Positions 62,697 to 64,000 of a stretch of 64,000 nucleotides of DNA are shown here, piece by piece. The DNA lies in NCBI GenBank assembly GCA_003696075.1, contig RFHH01000164.1, positions 12,749-76,748 of the forward strand, written 5' to 3'. The stretch is from Acidobacteriota bacterium. Its GTDB lineage: Bacteria > Acidobacteriota > Polarisedimenticolia > J045. The position numbers and the translations under genes were made by a program. The notes under the pieces were generated by a model. It was not told the DNA's origin. It searched no databases and saw only the letters and a list, made by a program, of their open reading frames with translations. Each line of letters opens with the position of its first letter. The first letter of the stretch is position 1.

Positions 62697-64000
62697 ATGC
62701 AGCTCAGCAGCACGGAAAAGGCGCTCTACGTCAAGCTCGTCTATTACGGGCCCGGGCTGTCCGGCAAGACGACCAACCTCGAGACGCTCCACCGCCTGAC
62801 CGATCCCGACGCGAAGCAGCCGATGGTCTCGCTCAAGACCAGCGGCGACCGGACCCTGTTCTTCGACCTTCTTCCGTTCGACCTGGGCAAGCTGTACGGG
62901 ATGGATGTCCGGCTGAAGCTGTACACGGTGCCGGGGCAGATCCACTACGACACCACGCGAAAGCAGGTGCTCGCCGGGGCGGACGGCGTCGTCTTCGTAG
63001 CGGACTCGGCGCCCGATCGACGGGACGCCAACAAGAACATGATCCGCTACCTGAAGAACAACCTGCAGTCCAACGGACTCGATCCCGAGACGATTCCTCT
63101 CGTCTTCCAGTGGAACAAGCGCGATCTTCCCGACGCGATGCCGGTCGAGCAGATGAACGCCGAGCTCAACTGGCGCGGCGTTCCAGCCCTGGAGGCGATC
63201 GCGACCCGCGGGGACGGGGTGATCGAGACGTTCAAAGAGATCACGGTGCTGACCCTCGAGGAGATCGCGTCACGCAGCGGCAGCGTGCTCGCCGGCCCGG
63301 TCGGATCGATCCGGGCGAAGGTGGAACAGGCGTTCGCGCGCTTCGCCCCGGCGGCCGCGGCGGCGCCCGCGAAGGCCGGCCGGACGCGGGCCGCGCCCCC
63401 GGCCGGGACGGGCTACGTCCACGAGGCTCCCCTCGAAACGGCCGCGCCGAACGCCGACAGCTCCTCCGAGCTGGACGAGCTCCTCAAGCAGGCGGTCGAA
63501 GCGAACCTGAAGATGTCGGAGAAGCTGGTCGCCGGACCGGATCGCGACGTCTTGCTCGCGAGGGCGCGGCGCGAGCGCAAGGCCCTGGCGCGGCTGGTGC
63601 AGATCGCCGGCGTCTCTCGCGAGCCGATCGCCCTGTACAAGCTCGCTCTTTCGTCGGCGCTCGCCGGTCTCGATCTTTCCGTCGGCTCGGCGCTGCTCAA
63701 CGCGGGCCCGGGCCAGCCGCTCAAGGAGATCGCCGTGAGCGGCCGGGACGCCGACCCGCTGAACAGCGTGCTCTCACCCGGCATCGGCTCCGTCGCCAGC
63801 GGCCTGCTCGAGCGCGGCCAGCCGCTGCTCACCCACGACATCGAGGGGGAGCTGATGTTCGGGCAGTCGCACGAGGCGGTGGCCGGGCTCCGCGCCGTCC
63901 TGAGCTGCCCGGTCGGGCGCTCGAAGGCCGGGCTCCTGCTCGCCTACGCCGGTCCCCGCGACCGCGACCTCGAGCCGGACGACCTCGAGTTCCTCGGCCT
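62697..64000 (+). CDS. MglA-like Ras-family small GTPase with a long C-terminal GAF-like extension; 3' end off the window
   Basis: The N-terminal 190 aa align residue-for-residue with MglA (LVYYGPGLSGKTTNL; LYTVPGQ; QWNKRDL). The ORF continues for more than 240 aa, with a GAF-like region (LLERGQPLLTHDIEGELMFG...), to the window edge. It is absent from the ORF track because no stop codon falls inside the window. Confidence 0.7.
   Translation, partial: MQLSSTEKALYVKLVYYGPGLSGKTTNLETLHRLTDPDAKQPMVSLKTSGDRTLFFDLLPFDLGKLYGMDVRLKLYTVPGQIHYDTTRKQVLAGADGVVFVADSAPDRRDANKNMIRYLKNNLQSNGLDPETIPLVFQWNKRDLPDAMPVEQMNAELNWRGVPALEAIATRGDGVIETFKEITVLTLEEIASRSGSVLAGPVGSIRAKVEQAFARFAPAAAAAPAKAGRTRAAPPAGTGYVHEAPLETAAPNADSSSELDELLKQAVEANLKMSEKLVAGPDRDVLLARARRERKALARLVQIAGVSREPIALYKLALSSALAGLDLSVGSALLNAGPGQPLKEIAVSGRDADPLNSVLSPGIGSVASGLLERGQPLLTHDIEGELMFGQSHEAVAGLRAVLSCPVGRSKAGLLLAYAGPRDRDLEPDDLEFLG

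Noticed and set aside
1-64000. CRISPR arrays, tRNA or rRNA genes, insertion sequences or integrases
   Set aside because: No direct-repeat/spacer arrays, no cloverleaf-like segments in the few intergenic regions, and no transposase or integrase motifs were found in any frame.

Overview
This is a very high-GC, gene-dense bacterial chromosomal window with no rRNA, tRNA, CRISPR or obvious mobile elements. The six-frame track is dominated by arginine-, proline- and glycine-rich antisense shadow ORFs and by run-on N-terminal extensions. Genes were therefore called from protein-family motifs, start-codon and Shine-Dalgarno context, and ATGA/GTGA stop-start overlaps.

The window contains five blocks.

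1. Positions 1-7.6 kb, minus strand: a catabolic operon. It encodes a three-domain xanthine-dehydrogenase-family molybdoenzyme, with an FAD subunit and a fused 2Fe-2S/Mo subunit, a TetR regulator, a MobA/MocA-like nucleotidyltransferase, XdhC, a thiolase and a MenB/BadI-type crotonase.

2. Positions 7.7-18.4 kb: secreted and envelope proteins. These are a BNR/sialidase-like protein, a PAP2-like protein, a membrane LuxR regulator, an ECF sigma / anti-sigma / CpxP-like / M23-peptidase module, a large DUF11-like secreted protein and a lipoprotein. The BNR and M23 proteins share a previously unannotated cysteine-containing C-terminal domain of about 100 aa.

3. Positions 18.5-22.7 kb: a methyltransferase and a glucokinase-PabC-PabB operon.

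4. Positions 22.7-53.6 kb: a 31-kb exopolysaccharide locus on both strands, with hallmarks of PEP-CTERM/exosortase-type loci but no exosortase in the window. It contains GT4 and GT2 glycosyltransferases, four polysaccharide deacetylases (one fused to a GT2), two FemAB-like acyltransferases, a CapK-like ligase, Wzx and Wzy-like proteins, WecB, a WbpB/D/E-like diacetamido-sugar triad, a Tat-secreted beta-helix protein and GT-C/ArnT-like membrane proteins.

5. Positions 53.5-62.2 kb, minus strand: a complete class I lanthipeptide gene cluster, lanC-lanB-lanT(C39-ABC)-lanA plus a PF14907-like nucleotidyltransferase. The 64-aa precursor lanA at 55022-55216 is missed as a separate ORF in the track. 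It is flanked divergently by a small SEC-C-motif protein and an MglA-like GTPase with a long GAF-like C-terminal extension that runs off the window.

The lanthipeptide cluster, with its unusual accessories and neighbours, is the most likely novel system here.
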